From the NCBI RefSeq assembly GCF_001458695.1, contig NZ_LN885086.1, forward strand, positions 2,910,001 through 2,942,000: a stretch of DNA of 32,000 nucleotides. The letters run 5' to 3'. The notes under the pieces were generated by a model. The model did no database searches. It saw only the letters and a list, made by a program, of their open reading frames with translations, and had not been told where the DNA came from. This stretch comes from Candidatus Nitrospira inopinata. Its GTDB lineage: Bacteria; Nitrospirota; Nitrospiria; Nitrospirales; Nitrospiraceae. Of this stretch, positions 16,386-28,435 are shown in pieces; positions within the stretch are counted from its first letter, which is position 1, and each line of letters begins with the position of its first letter. Made by a program: the position numbers and the translations under genes.

Positions 16386-16577
16386 GCAGCACGACGTGTC
16401 ACTCGCCGTTCCTTGCCCCAGTGATGCTGCCCCTCACTCTGCTCTTCGATCACCCTCGAAAAGCCGAGCCGACCATGAACGGCCTCACACAGCGGATTGG
16501 CGCACCGACCTCTTCGTAACACATTGTTGCGCCCCTCACCGACACCGGGGCGCAACAGAATCCCCCCAGCCTGTGGC
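16386..16577. repeat. Copy B of the 192-nt diverged repeat (hairpin 16525-16557)
   Basis: Same block order and same overall length as copy A. The stem differs from copy A by one compensatory pair (C-G in A, T-A in B). Confidence 0.6.
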
Positions 16578-17154
16578 CACGCACGGCTGCAGGCGTGACA
16601 CCGCCCTCGGTGGCGCGGTTGCTTTGGGCGTGCCACACCCCTTAACGGGCGACGGCTGTTCTCTTGGCACGGTCGTGTCGCATTGCGCGACGCGACGGTG
16701 CCGGACTCCACCTGGCACGGCGTCTCCCGACGCGGTGCCTCAGATGCGTGCCTGCCGAAGCCCCTCGCCGAGGGTAGCCTGCAGTGCAATTCCTATAGCT
16801 TGGATGGTCAAGCATGCAGAGCAGAACTCTTTGCTGGACATCCGGAACTCGAAGAGGAAGGGGGTGGTGAGTGACTACCCATGGGGCACACGAGCCGACC
16901 AGACAGGCGAAAGAGCAACCGCGCCAGGGAACGGCGAACCGAGCGCGTCCGCAGACGGTAAAGGAAGCCTCGGCAAAATCTAACTTTTCTAGAGAAAAAC
17001 CCTACGTGTTACCGGCGTGTTATCGCCACAGCAAAATTGGACCTATTTCCCCTAAACTGGACTGAGCTAAACTGAACTCAAAAATAGCCACACGCCGCTC
17101 CTGGAGCACTATTTCACAGTTTTCACAAGGAGATAGGGGGGAGGGCTCGGAACG

Positions 17155-17195
17155 GCTTAGAAGGCTGATGCTCTATCCAACTGAGCTACGGGCGC
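17155..17195 (-). pseudogene. Truncated tRNA-Arg(UCU): 5' half only (acceptor 5' arm, D-arm, anticodon stem 5' arm and loop)
   Basis: The minus strand reads GCGCCCGTAGCTCAGTTGGATAGAGCATCAGCCTTCTAAGC. The following bases cannot pair with the anticodon stem. No T-arm or 3' acceptor arm follows. Confidence 0.7.
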
Positions 17196-17437
17196 AGAAG
17201 CTTGAGGCGTTTATCGGCGCGCGGCAATCACGATATTGCCCGGACACGACATCGCACGGATAATGCAATGAAGAGCGCGCCGTCCACACGAAGTGCGGTG
17301 TGGTCGGGGCAAAAGGATGTGGCCTCCGGCCCGGCGTCCTCGCTGACGGTCGCATAAGCAATACGACCTTGTCCTCCTCGCCGTCGGCGCTCAGCCACTT
17401 CAAATCCTCTCGACGGTCTCGTTTGATTGTCACCGTA

Positions 17438-17514
<77 letters not shown>

Positions 17515-17581
17515 ACGGTTTGACCACGCTGTTTGCTCCTTTTCCGTGCCAACCTGTGGCCACGGCTTCCGGGCTGCTTTT

Positions 17582-18175
17582 TCACGCCCGGCTCTGCAAC
17601 AGGTCTCGCAGTTTCAAGAATGCCTTGGCTCGGTGGCTGATCCGATTTTTCTCTTCCGGCGTCAACTCGGCCAACGTTTTTTCAAGCTCCGGAACATAGA
17701 AAACCGGATCATAGCCGAACCCCCGTTCTCCCCTACATCGATCGGCAATCGCTCCTTCCAGGACACCGTGCGCCGTTTGTATCTCACCCGACGGAGAGGC
17801 CAAGGCCGCCACCGTCACGAATCGCGCCGTTCGACGCTCCTGGGGAATCCCCTCCAGTTCGTGGAGTAATTTTCGGCAGTTGTCTTCATAGGTCGCGCCG
17901 GGGCCCGCGTATCGAGCCGCGTACGCGCCGGGCCTCCCGCCCAAGGCATCCACCTCCAACCCCGTGTCATCCGCCACGGCGTAACGACCTGTGGCGCGGG
18001 CGATTTCCGTCGCCTTCTTGATGGCGTTGGCTTCGCACGTGGCCCCGTCTTCAACGACGTCCGGCGCCTGAGGGAAATCGTCCAGTGTTCTGATCCGAAA
18101 CGCCAACCCGTTCAGCAGAGCCGTCAACTCACGAGCCTTGTCACGATTTCTGGTTGCGAGCACGAGCTCGGTCAT
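17582..18175 (-). CDS. rdgB: Non-canonical purine NTP pyrophosphatase RdgB/HAM1 (dITP/XTP pyrophosphatase)
   Basis: MTELVLATRNRDKARELTALL..., DDTGLEVDALGGRPGAYAARYAG, RGERGFGYDPVF, SHRAKAF. The ATG at 18175 is preferred. A TTG at 18193 is the longest-ORF alternative. Confidence 0.9.
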   Translation of the reverse strand: MTELVLATRNRDKARELTALLNGLAFRIRTLDDFPQAPDVVEDGATCEANAIKKATEIARATGRYAVADDTGLEVDALGGRPGAYAARYAGPGATYEDNCRKLLHELEGIPQERRTARFVTVAALASPSGEIQTAHGVLEGAIADRCRGERGFGYDPVFYVPELEKTLAELTPEEKNRISHRAKAFLKLRDLLQSRA

Positions 18176-18185
18176 CGCGGCTCGA

Positions 18186-18932
18186 TCAGTCAAGCGGCCC
18201 GATCAATTCTTTTTGAAGAGCCGTGAGCCCTTGGATGGCCTGCCAGCCGAGGGCGAGAAATTCGTCCATGTCCTGTTTGGCGAACGGCGTACGCTCGGCG
18301 GTGCCTTGCACCTCGACGTACCGCCCGCGGCCGGTCATGACGAGATTCATATCCACCTCCGCCATCGAGTCTTCCGTGTAGGCGAGATCGACCATCACCT
18401 CTCCGCCCACCTTGCCCACGCTGACGGCGGCCAGATAATCGATGAGCGGCAGGTTCTTGATCATGTCCTTTTGCTTAAGGGCCTGAAAGGCGTCGGCCAG
18501 CGCGATGAACGATCCGGTGATCGAGGCGGTTCTGGTGCCCCCGTCGGCCTGGATCACGTCGCAGTCGATCCAGATCGACCGTTCGCCCATTTGTGAGAGA
18601 TCCGTCACGGCCCGCAACGCACGCCCGACCAGCCTCTGGATTTCCAAGGTCCGCCCGCCTTGTTTGCCTTTCACGGCCTCCCGCGGAGACCGTTCGTGCG
18701 TCGCGCGCGGCAACATGGCGTACTCGGCCGTCACCCAGCCGGTCCCCTTGCCTTTAAGAAACGGAGGCACCTTTTCCTCGACCGAGGCCGTGCAGACGAC
18801 CTTCGTATCGCCCATTTCGATGAGGACGGACCCTTCGGCATGTTTGATGAAGCGCCTGGTGATTTTGACGGGACGCACCTGATCTCTTCGCCTACCGTCG
18901 AAGCGCACAAGGCCCGTCATCCCGCTCATCAT
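18186..18932 (-). CDS. rph: Ribonuclease PH
   Basis: [72 protein letters not shown] and [18 protein letters not shown] are classic RNase PH blocks. The RBS gaaggagg lies upstream. The exact start among the clustered ATGs is uncertain. Confidence 0.93.
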   Translation of the reverse strand: MMSGMTGLVRFDGRRRDQVRPVKITRRFIKHAEGSVLIEMGDTKVVCTASVEEKVPPFLKGKGTGWVTAEYAMLPRATHERSPREAVKGKQGGRTLEIQRLVGRALRAVTDLSQMGERSIWIDCDVIQADGGTRTASITGSFIALADAFQALKQKDMIKNLPLIDYLAAVSVGKVGGEVMVDLAYTEDSMAEVDMNLVMTGRGRYVEVQGTAERTPFAKQDMDEFLALGWQAIQGLTALQKELIGPLD

Positions 18933-19199
18933 GCCTCCTTCATTTTTCTCAAAGCAGCGGAATTATAGTGAAGAGACGAACAAAGCGCAAACCAGCCGAC
19001 GGGACTCCCGCCGCCCCCCTTCGTGCAACTCTTTTCAGCCCCATTCCGCCTTATCCGCCATAAACCGCCAGAGACAAAAAACAATATGCCGTGCAGTTAG
19101 GATTTTTTTCCTTAGGATTTGCCGAAATCGACCGATACAGGTCTGTCGCGACGAACAGCGAACGTCTTTCAACACGATCAACGGAACGTCGGGAACATT

Positions 19200-20342
19200 A
19201 TGGACCTCTTGTTGGATCACAACGCAAGACAAGCTCTGCTGGACAACCGAAACATTCTGGTGGTGGATGACGAAGAGCCGGTCCGCCGCTTGATCGGCTA
19301 CCTGCTTCAGACCCACGGCTACCCGGTATTTCTCGCGGCCGACGCCCGTGAAGCGCGCCGGCAACTCAACGAGCAGCCAATCGCTCTCATGTTGTGCGAC
19401 GTGAATATGCCGGGTGAAACGGGCATGGACCTGGTCCGCGCCACCCTGGCTGAGTATTCCGAAACCGCCGCGATCATGGTAACGGGACTCGACAGCCCCG
19501 TCCTTGCCAACGCGGCCATCGAGGTCGGCGCGTTCGGCTACATCGTGAAACCGTTCGGCTCGAACGAAGTCCTGATCGACGTCGCCAACGCCCTCCGCCG
19601 CCGCCGTCTCGAACTGGAAAACCGTTTCCACCGCGAACATCTGGAAGAAATCGTGGCTTCCCGCACGATGGCCTTGCAACAGGCGCTGGAATGGTTGGAG
19701 CGCAGCGAGAAAGAATTGCGTCTGTCGCGGGAAGAGACCATTCAACGGCTGGCCATCGCCGCCGAATTTCGCGACTGTTCGACGGCCCAGCACATTCAGC
19801 GAATGAGCCGTTACTGCGAATTGCTCGCCCGTAAGGCCGGCCTCTCACCCGAACAGTGCGATCTGATTCGCACGGCCAGCCCCATGCACGACATCGGCAA
19901 AATCGGCACCCCCGACCAGGTGCTTCAGAAGCCGGGCCGTTTCACGCCGGAAGAGTTCGACGTCATCGCCCAACATGCCGAGATCGGCTACAAGATCCTG
20001 TCGGGATCGGATTCTGAATTGCTCAAAGTCGCCGCCACCATCGCCTACACCCATCACGAACGATATGACGGCACCGGCTATCCCCGACGGCTCAAAGGCG
20101 AGGAGATTCCGCTCGAAGGCCGCATCGCCGCCATCGCCGACAATTTCGACGCGCTCACCACCGAGCGCGTCTATAAACCGGCTTTTGATTTCGAGCATGC
20201 CAAGGAGCTGATGCTCAAAGAGCGAGGCAAACACTTCGACCCGGTCCTGCTGGACCTGTTCCTCGCCGAGGAAGACGAACTCCGCCGCATCCACCATCAA
20301 TTCGCCGATCACGCCCCTTCGGCCTGGCCCCGCGCGGCGTAA
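19200..20342 (+). CDS. Two-component response regulator with an HD-GYP c-di-GMP phosphodiesterase output domain (RpfG-like)
   Basis: Receiver domain ILVVDDEEPVRRL...LMLCDVNMPGETG. HD-GYP motifs PMHDIGKIG and HHERYDGTGYP. The ATG at 19200 is preferred over the longer tracked start at 19119. Confidence 0.88.
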   Translation: MDLLLDHNARQALLDNRNILVVDDEEPVRRLIGYLLQTHGYPVFLAADAREARRQLNEQPIALMLCDVNMPGETGMDLVRATLAEYSETAAIMVTGLDSPVLANAAIEVGAFGYIVKPFGSNEVLIDVANALRRRRLELENRFHREHLEEIVASRTMALQQALEWLERSEKELRLSREETIQRLAIAAEFRDCSTAQHIQRMSRYCELLARKAGLSPEQCDLIRTASPMHDIGKIGTPDQVLQKPGRFTPEEFDVIAQHAEIGYKILSGSDSELLKVAATIAYTHHERYDGTGYPRRLKGEEIPLEGRIAAIADNFDALTTERVYKPAFDFEHAKELMLKERGKHFDPVLLDLFLAEEDELRRIHHQFADHAPSAWPRAA

Positions 20343-20478
20343 ACCCACATAGACTCCATCAGCAGCAGGTCATCTGGCCCGGCCCATTTGGGAGCATCCT
20401 CGGCGAATTATAAGTATAAGTATCTAGAACCGTCGCTGAACTGGTTGTTAGTTGTCAGTGACTTTCTTGGAAAGAACG

Positions 20479-24183
<3,705 letters not shown>

Positions 24184-24325
24184 GATTCGGTGACGATTGA
24201 GGCCTTTCGTTCATCACTCACAGAAATTCCGGAAAACCTGTTCGATCATACTGGAAGGCCCGGGGCCGGGCAAGCCGGACCCGCTTCCTTGACTTGAATT
24301 CCTCTTCGCCGATAGGATCATTTCA

Positions 24326-25123
24326 ATGCGGACCGGGTCGTTCAGCCTTGCAATCTCACGCCGTGCCTGCTTCGTCGCGGCTCTGGCTTTCGTTTTGTGG
24401 GGAGCGAATCCAAGAACGCCCGCGGCAGAGCCGTATTTCGAAGACGGCTTCCTTGGGCTGACGCAAAAAGAACTGCACGAAAAACTCGGCATGCCGCAGG
24501 CGGTCCGCGACCGGAAGTCGGCGCTGCGCGTCTTCACCTATTACCCCGTCACGGATTGGAAATCGTATTTCAGCAAACTCGTGTCGCCGGAAAACGGCGA
24601 AGACGTGTACTCCTTCAAGCGGGGCGACATCGACGTGCGCTATTCATTCAGCTACGCGGTGGACCCCAACGACGAGCGCGAGGACCGGCCGCTGGTCGTT
24701 CGATTGGTCGACATCGAATTCTCGTCCCCCGTCCCGATCGGCAGGGTTCCCTCGTTGGTTCCGGAATTCCGACCCTCGACCGATCCTTCCAATCCCGCGT
24801 TCCGTTCGAACATCTGGATTTTGTTGTTCAAAGGATCGCCCTCCCCGGCGGCACGCTTCATCGTGAAAGAAAAGGGCAAGGAACAGTTGGACTGGACCTT
24901 GGCCTTTCAGCTTTTCTCCCTGCAGGGCTTGCCTGATCGACTCACGCCCAAGGCCACGATCGATCGCATGGAAATCGGTGCCCAGAGCCTGCAACTGGTG
25001 CGGCAACGACAGCAACACACTCATGAGCCGATGCCGAACCCCTACTCCGCCGAATTTCTTCGTCAATCAACGGAGCCGGCTAAAACGGTGAAGCCTATCC
25101 CGGTCCCTCGATATGCCGAATAA
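24326..25123 (+). CDS. Hypothetical secreted protein
   Basis: ATG start. Signal-like N-terminus RRACFVAALAFVLWGANPRTPAAEP. Protein-like composition. Divergent from metH. Confidence 0.65.
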   Translation: MRTGSFSLAISRRACFVAALAFVLWGANPRTPAAEPYFEDGFLGLTQKELHEKLGMPQAVRDRKSALRVFTYYPVTDWKSYFSKLVSPENGEDVYSFKRGDIDVRYSFSYAVDPNDEREDRPLVVRLVDIEFSSPVPIGRVPSLVPEFRPSTDPSNPAFRSNIWILLFKGSPSPAARFIVKEKGKEQLDWTLAFQLFSLQGLPDRLTPKATIDRMEIGAQSLQLVRQRQQHTHEPMPNPYSAEFLRQSTEPAKTVKPIPVPRYAE

Positions 25124-25140
25124 ACCGCCCCAGCCATACC

Positions 25141-25169
25141 TTGACTCAGTATCGCCCCGTTGTTAGCAT
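25141..25169 (+). promoter_or_regulatory. Candidate sigma70-type promoter (TTGACT-17 nt-TAGCAT) for the 25191 gene
   Basis: ttgact at 25141-25146 and tagcat at 25164-25169, 22 nt before the ATG. Sequence match only. Confidence 0.3.
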
Positions 25170-25190
25170 TTCCGTAGTTCACACGTTGCC

Positions 25191-25631
25191 ATGATGAGCG
25201 CCTCTTCCCCCTCCCAATTTGATTCACCGCCTGAGACTGTTTCCTTCATTCGGCGACCCGAGGTGCGGGCCGTCATCTATGGGGGGCTCGGATTATTCGC
25301 CGCGATGATGGTGATCTGGCCGTTGATCAATCAACTGCTGGACCCGGATTTCAAACGGCACATCGAACAACATCGCGTCATGGTCGGCATGACGAAGGAG
25401 CAGGTGCTGGAAGCCTGGGGCGGCCCCCAAACGATTCATACCACCTTCACAAAAGACGGCATCCGGCAAGAAGAGTGGATTTTCGAGGATTGGGAAGACG
25501 CCGCGACCGTCCGTCATCGTTATCTGTACTTCGAGGAAGGGATTCTCGTGGGAGGATGGTACCAGGGATCGAGAGAACGGGACGCGCGGAATCTTCCGTC
25601 ATCGAAACCGAGGCCCAGATCCGAGTCTTAA
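25191..25631 (+). CDS. Hypothetical membrane-anchored protein with a BamE/SmpA-OmlA-like segment
   Basis: One TM helix (VIYGGLGLFAAMMVIWPLI) followed by MVGMTKEQVLEAWGGPQTIH...EEWIFEDW, reminiscent of the BamE-like fold. Unverified. Confidence 0.6.
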   Translation: MMSASSPSQFDSPPETVSFIRRPEVRAVIYGGLGLFAAMMVIWPLINQLLDPDFKRHIEQHRVMVGMTKEQVLEAWGGPQTIHTTFTKDGIRQEEWIFEDWEDAATVRHRYLYFEEGILVGGWYQGSRERDARNLPSSKPRPRSES

Positions 25632-25781
25632 CCCTGAACCGCCTCAGTGATTGTAACATTCGCGCGCGGGACGCTGCGCCGCCTTGCCACGCAGTCGTCT
25701 CTCTCTTCTCACACAACGTGATTGACGCTGAGCCTTGTCCCGCTCGCGCAACCGGGTTATTCGTAGAGCGCCGGACGGTCG

Positions 25782-26045
25782 TCAGTCCGAAGTTTCGCGA
25801 ATCGAGAGTCTGAGCCTGCTGAGAAGCACCTCCGCGCGAGCCCGATCCAATTCATCGACCATCACCCTCCCCACGAAAAACGGCACGCCCGGATACAGCG
25901 TGCTCATATGTTCGCCATGAATGACGTACGCAATCCGGTTTCCGTCCAGCAAACTCTTAATGATGGCCAACTCTCCCGCGTCCTGCGCGTTGGTGAGGTG
26001 CACCATCCTCACGCGCGCGTTGCCGTCCATGTCTTTCTTATTCAA
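25782..26045 (-). CDS. DUF2007-like small protein (putative signal-transducing, PII-like fold)
   Basis: MVHLTNAQDAGELAIIKSLLDGNRIAYVIHGEH...VMVDELDRARAEVLL fits the DUF2007 pattern as I remember it. The longest ORF starts with TTG. Internal ATGs at 26030 and 26006 are alternatives. Confidence 0.55.
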   Translation of the reverse strand: MNKKDMDGNARVRMVHLTNAQDAGELAIIKSLLDGNRIAYVIHGEHMSTLYPGVPFFVGRVMVDELDRARAEVLLSRLRLSIRETSD

Positions 26046-26100
26046 TGGAGATCCCCGAGGAATTGCGGTTTCTCCCCCGCCCCGTTACACTCGGAACCAG

Positions 26101-26436
26101 TCATGGAGTTTCGGTGATCCGGACGCGCCGTTCTTGATCGGGACCGCCGGAAATGGTGAGCACGCGCTTCCACTCGCGCACCTGATAAATCGCCCAGGCA
26201 TTGGGCCGGCCTTTATAAAAGGCCGAGGGGTCTTCGCCGCTGGCATTGAGGAAAATCGGCTCGGTAAAGCCCTCTTCGAGCACGTAATCGAGAAGCGATT
26301 CCGTCGTAAATCCCTTCCCCCGGAGCGAGATGTCGGCCAACACATTCAAAATCTCGTCCGGATTCTGCACGGTGATCGGATTCATGGCGATGGGAATGAA
26401 TTCTAACGACAGCCCGACGAAGAAGGCAAGACGCAC
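26101..26436 (-). CDS. Hypothetical protein
   Basis: Protein-like composition (NPITVQNPDEILNVLADISLRGKGFTTESLLDYVLEEGF...). The longest ORF starts at the GTG at 26436, with an alternative ATG at 26385. The competing plus-strand ORF 25921-26406 looks non-coding. Confidence 0.5.
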   Translation of the reverse strand: MRLAFFVGLSLEFIPIAMNPITVQNPDEILNVLADISLRGKGFTTESLLDYVLEEGFTEPIFLNASGEDPSAFYKGRPNAWAIYQVREWKRVLTISGGPDQERRVRITETP

Positions 26437-27442
26437 GAGGACTCACCCCGTAAAGGCGGCCTTGCGGCACGACGTCGTGACCGCCTTCACAAAGAGTACG
26501 GGTCTCCTGGCGAGACTGCCGGGCGAGAGTCGTCCACGGTTACGGGATCGAGAGAGCGCCATCGCCGATTTCTTTGCGACGGCCTTGATCGTGCTGGTCC
26601 TCTGCCACGCGCCGATTGTTTCCGCCTCGTCGCCCCCCGACGAGACGGTTTTGATTCCAGCCGGAGAATTTTTCATGGGGAGTCCGGAGGACGGCTCGAG
26701 CTTCGACGACGAACGCCCGCAGCGCAAAGTCTTCGTCGGTTCGTTCCGTCTCCATCGCCACGAGGTCACGAACGCCCGCTATAAACGGTTCACGGACGAG
26801 ACCGGGCATCGAACGCCGAGTCACGAAAAACCGGCGTTGACGTTATGGCTCAACGGCGAGCCGTTTCCCGGCAGCGAGCATCATCCGGTCGTCAACGTCA
26901 GTTGGGATGATGCGCTTGCTTACTGCCGATGGCTGGGCATGCGCCTGCCGACCGAAGCGGAATGGGAAAAGGCCGCGCGCGGGACGGACGGGCGTCGCTA
27001 CCCGTGGGGAAACGAATGGGACCCGCATCTTGCCAACAGCGCCAGTTACTGGGCCGATCGCACGATCGAATTCAAGGACGGAGGGGAGTGGAAAGCTTTT
27101 TGGATGACCGGCGACGGCGCGCGTATCGCGCGTGAGCGCGGTCTCAACGGCGAAGTGCTCACGTTGCCGGTCGGAAGTTTTCCGGAGGGAGCGAGTCCGT
27201 ACGGCCTCTTGGACATGGCGGGGAACGTATCGGAATGGGTGCAGGATTGGTACGAGCCCTATTCCTATCTGCAGGCGCCCCTCTCCGACCCTCCAGGCCC
27301 GGACGGACGGCTCCTGAAGGTTGTCCGCGGGGGATCGTGGCTCAAACCGGCAAGAAACCTGAGAACCTCCGATCGCGACTACGGCTCTCCGACGGATCGC
27401 GCCACCGGCATCGGCTTCCGCTGCGCCCAGGACGTCTGGTAA
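26384..27442 (+). CDS. Formylglycine-generating enzyme family protein (SUMF1/FGE-sulfatase domain)
   Basis: VLIPAGEFFMGS, HPVVNVSWDDALAYCRWLGMRLPTEAEWEKAARG, GNVSEWVQDWY, VVRGGSWL, GFRCAQD. The stop is firm. The start is uncertain (26330, 26384, 26396, or TTG 26462 / GTG 26477) because the 5' end overlaps the divergent 26101-26436 ORF. Confidence 0.85.
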   Translation: MAMGMNSNDSPTKKARRTRTHPVKAALRHDVVTAFTKSTGLLARLPGESRPRLRDRESAIADFFATALIVLVLCHAPIVSASSPPDETVLIPAGEFFMGSPEDGSSFDDERPQRKVFVGSFRLHRHEVTNARYKRFTDETGHRTPSHEKPALTLWLNGEPFPGSEHHPVVNVSWDDALAYCRWLGMRLPTEAEWEKAARGTDGRRYPWGNEWDPHLANSASYWADRTIEFKDGGEWKAFWMTGDGARIARERGLNGEVLTLPVGSFPEGASPYGLLDMAGNVSEWVQDWYEPYSYLQAPLSDPPGPDGRLLKVVRGGSWLKPARNLRTSDRDYGSPTDRATGIGFRCAQDVW

Positions 27443-27546
27443 GGCGTCTGGTGATTCAGGGTGCCAAGACGCCATTGAGCCGGTCGCGAAGCAACGTCAA
27501 GACTGCCTTGTCCTGACGGACCGTGCGACGACAATCCTTGCGCCGG

Positions 27547-27870
27547 CTACTCCGGTGAGGCAGCCATGGCTCGGTGAAACGAGGCGGAGAGACGAGCCAC
27601 GGCCTGATGGTCTGAAGCCAATACACCGCTCTCAACCAACAGGGCCACGCGGGGGGCCGGATCAAGCCGACGCAGCCCTGAACGAGTCAACCCCTCGAAG
27701 GTGAGCACCCGTTCATATGTCTCGATCCAAGATTCCGTCACGGCCTGCAAACCCGCATCCGTGGGCTTGAGACGACCCAATCGAACCTGGTGGATCAGCT
27801 TGATTAACGGATCGACCTGCGCGATGGTCGAGATGGCGCGCTGCAACACCTGCTCGCCGGGATTGTCCAT
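27547..27870 (-). CDS. Hypothetical protein
   Basis: ATG with the RBS gaagaagg, 8 nt downstream of the FmdB-like gene stop. The sequence is plausibly helical. Confidence 0.55.
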   Translation of the reverse strand: MDNPGEQVLQRAISTIAQVDPLIKLIHQVRLGRLKPTDAGLQAVTESWIETYERVLTFEGLTRSGLRRLDPAPRVALLVESGVLASDHQAVARLSASFHRAMAASPE

Positions 27871-27877
27871 ACCTTCT

Positions 27878-28102
27878 TCAGTTCATGGAGCAGGCGCCCG
27901 GCCCCCGTGGATCGCCGCACGTGCCGCAGGACCCCGGCCCTCCGGGCGACGCCCAACTCGATGTCGCTCCGACTCCGAAGGCCGAAAACTGCTTCTCGAT
28001 CTTGGTGGTCTTGCACTGAGGACACGCGACTGGCGTCGATCCCTGAACCAACAGCTCAAATCGATGATTGCATTCCCGACAGACATACTCGAAGATAGGC
28101 AT
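27878..28102 (-). CDS. FmdB-family zinc-ribbon protein
   Basis: ATG at 28102 with the RBS ggaggg. The hallmark MPIFEYVCRECNHRFELLV...CPQC...KQFSAF has two CxxC pairs. Confidence 0.8.
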   Translation of the reverse strand: MPIFEYVCRECNHRFELLVQGSTPVACPQCKTTKIEKQFSAFGVGATSSWASPGGPGSCGTCGDPRGPGACSMN

Positions 28103-28168
28103 GTGTACCCTCCATCTTGCGGATCTCATTATAAAGTCGAGTCACCGTCATCGCAACGAGAGGATCCC

Positions 28169-28435
28169 ATGTATCATGAAGAAAAGACGTTCCTTCTACG
28201 ATTCAGCCTGGAAGTCCGGTTCCCCGACGATTACGAAGGCGAAGAGGACCACCACGTCTGGCTGCGTGCCTGGGAATCGCGCGTCAAACCGGAACTGATC
28301 AAATCCGTCTTTGAATCGCTGAGACGGACCGGGGGGTGGGCCGTGCATACCCGTAATCGCGGCAAATCGCCGGAAGACGAAATCGAAATCGTGCTGGAGC
28401 GGGACTACTCGGCCTCTCCTTCTTTTCTGCCATGA
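28169..28435 (+). CDS. Small hypothetical protein (88 aa)
   Basis: ATG at 28169 after the RBS gagagga. Acidic, protein-like sequence. The stop overlaps the hemW start (ATGA). The long tracked ORF from 27701 is antisense to two better genes. Confidence 0.55.
   Translation: MYHEEKTFLLRFSLEVRFPDDYEGEEDHHVWLRAWESRVKPELIKSVFESLRRTGGWAVHTRNRGKSPEDEIEIVLERDYSASPSFLP

Larger units (their letters stand above)
1..17154. mobile_element. Right-hand portion of an integrated conjugative/mobilisable element; its left end and integrase lie outside the window
   Basis: A contiguous block of conjugation and mobilisation genes (T4CP, TrbM-like, ArdC, MobC, relaxase, oriT-like site), a TA module and defence cargo. 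It ends at a truncated tRNA-Arg fragment (17155-17195). Housekeeping genes begin immediately after that. Confidence 0.7.

Noticed and set aside
16229-16983. ORFs 16229-16789 (-) of 186 aa and 16396-16983 (+) of 195 aa
   Set aside because: Both are R/P/C/A-rich and run straight through repeat copy B, which is conserved in all frames at once. Only the last 44 codons of the minus ORF (16229-16363) look protein-like, and even that is unsupported.
17100-17195. A complete tRNA-Arg gene
   Set aside because: After the anticodon loop the sequence cannot close the anticodon stem (GCCGT versus the required GCTGA). No T-arm, variable loop or 3' acceptor arm is present, so it is called a truncated fragment instead.
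19035-19793. Minus-strand 252-aa ORF overlapping the HD-GYP response regulator
   Set aside because: It is antisense to a gene with clear receiver and HD-GYP motifs. Its composition is typical of a GC-rich shadow frame.
24184-24325. Riboswitch (SAH/SAM/cobalamin) in the metH 5' leader
   Set aside because: The leader is short (roughly 75 nt after a possible TTGCCC-17-TATGAT promoter). I could not find conserved cores of the SAH, SAM or B12 aptamers by eye. An Rfam scan would settle it.
26330-26436. Overlapping divergent starts of the FGE-like gene (+) and the 26101-26436 ORF (-) as a possible regulatory overlap
   Set aside because: This most likely reflects start-codon ambiguity. The FGE signal peptide begins near 26570 and several downstream starts (26396, 26462, 26477) remove the overlap. 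There is no independent evidence of a real overlap.
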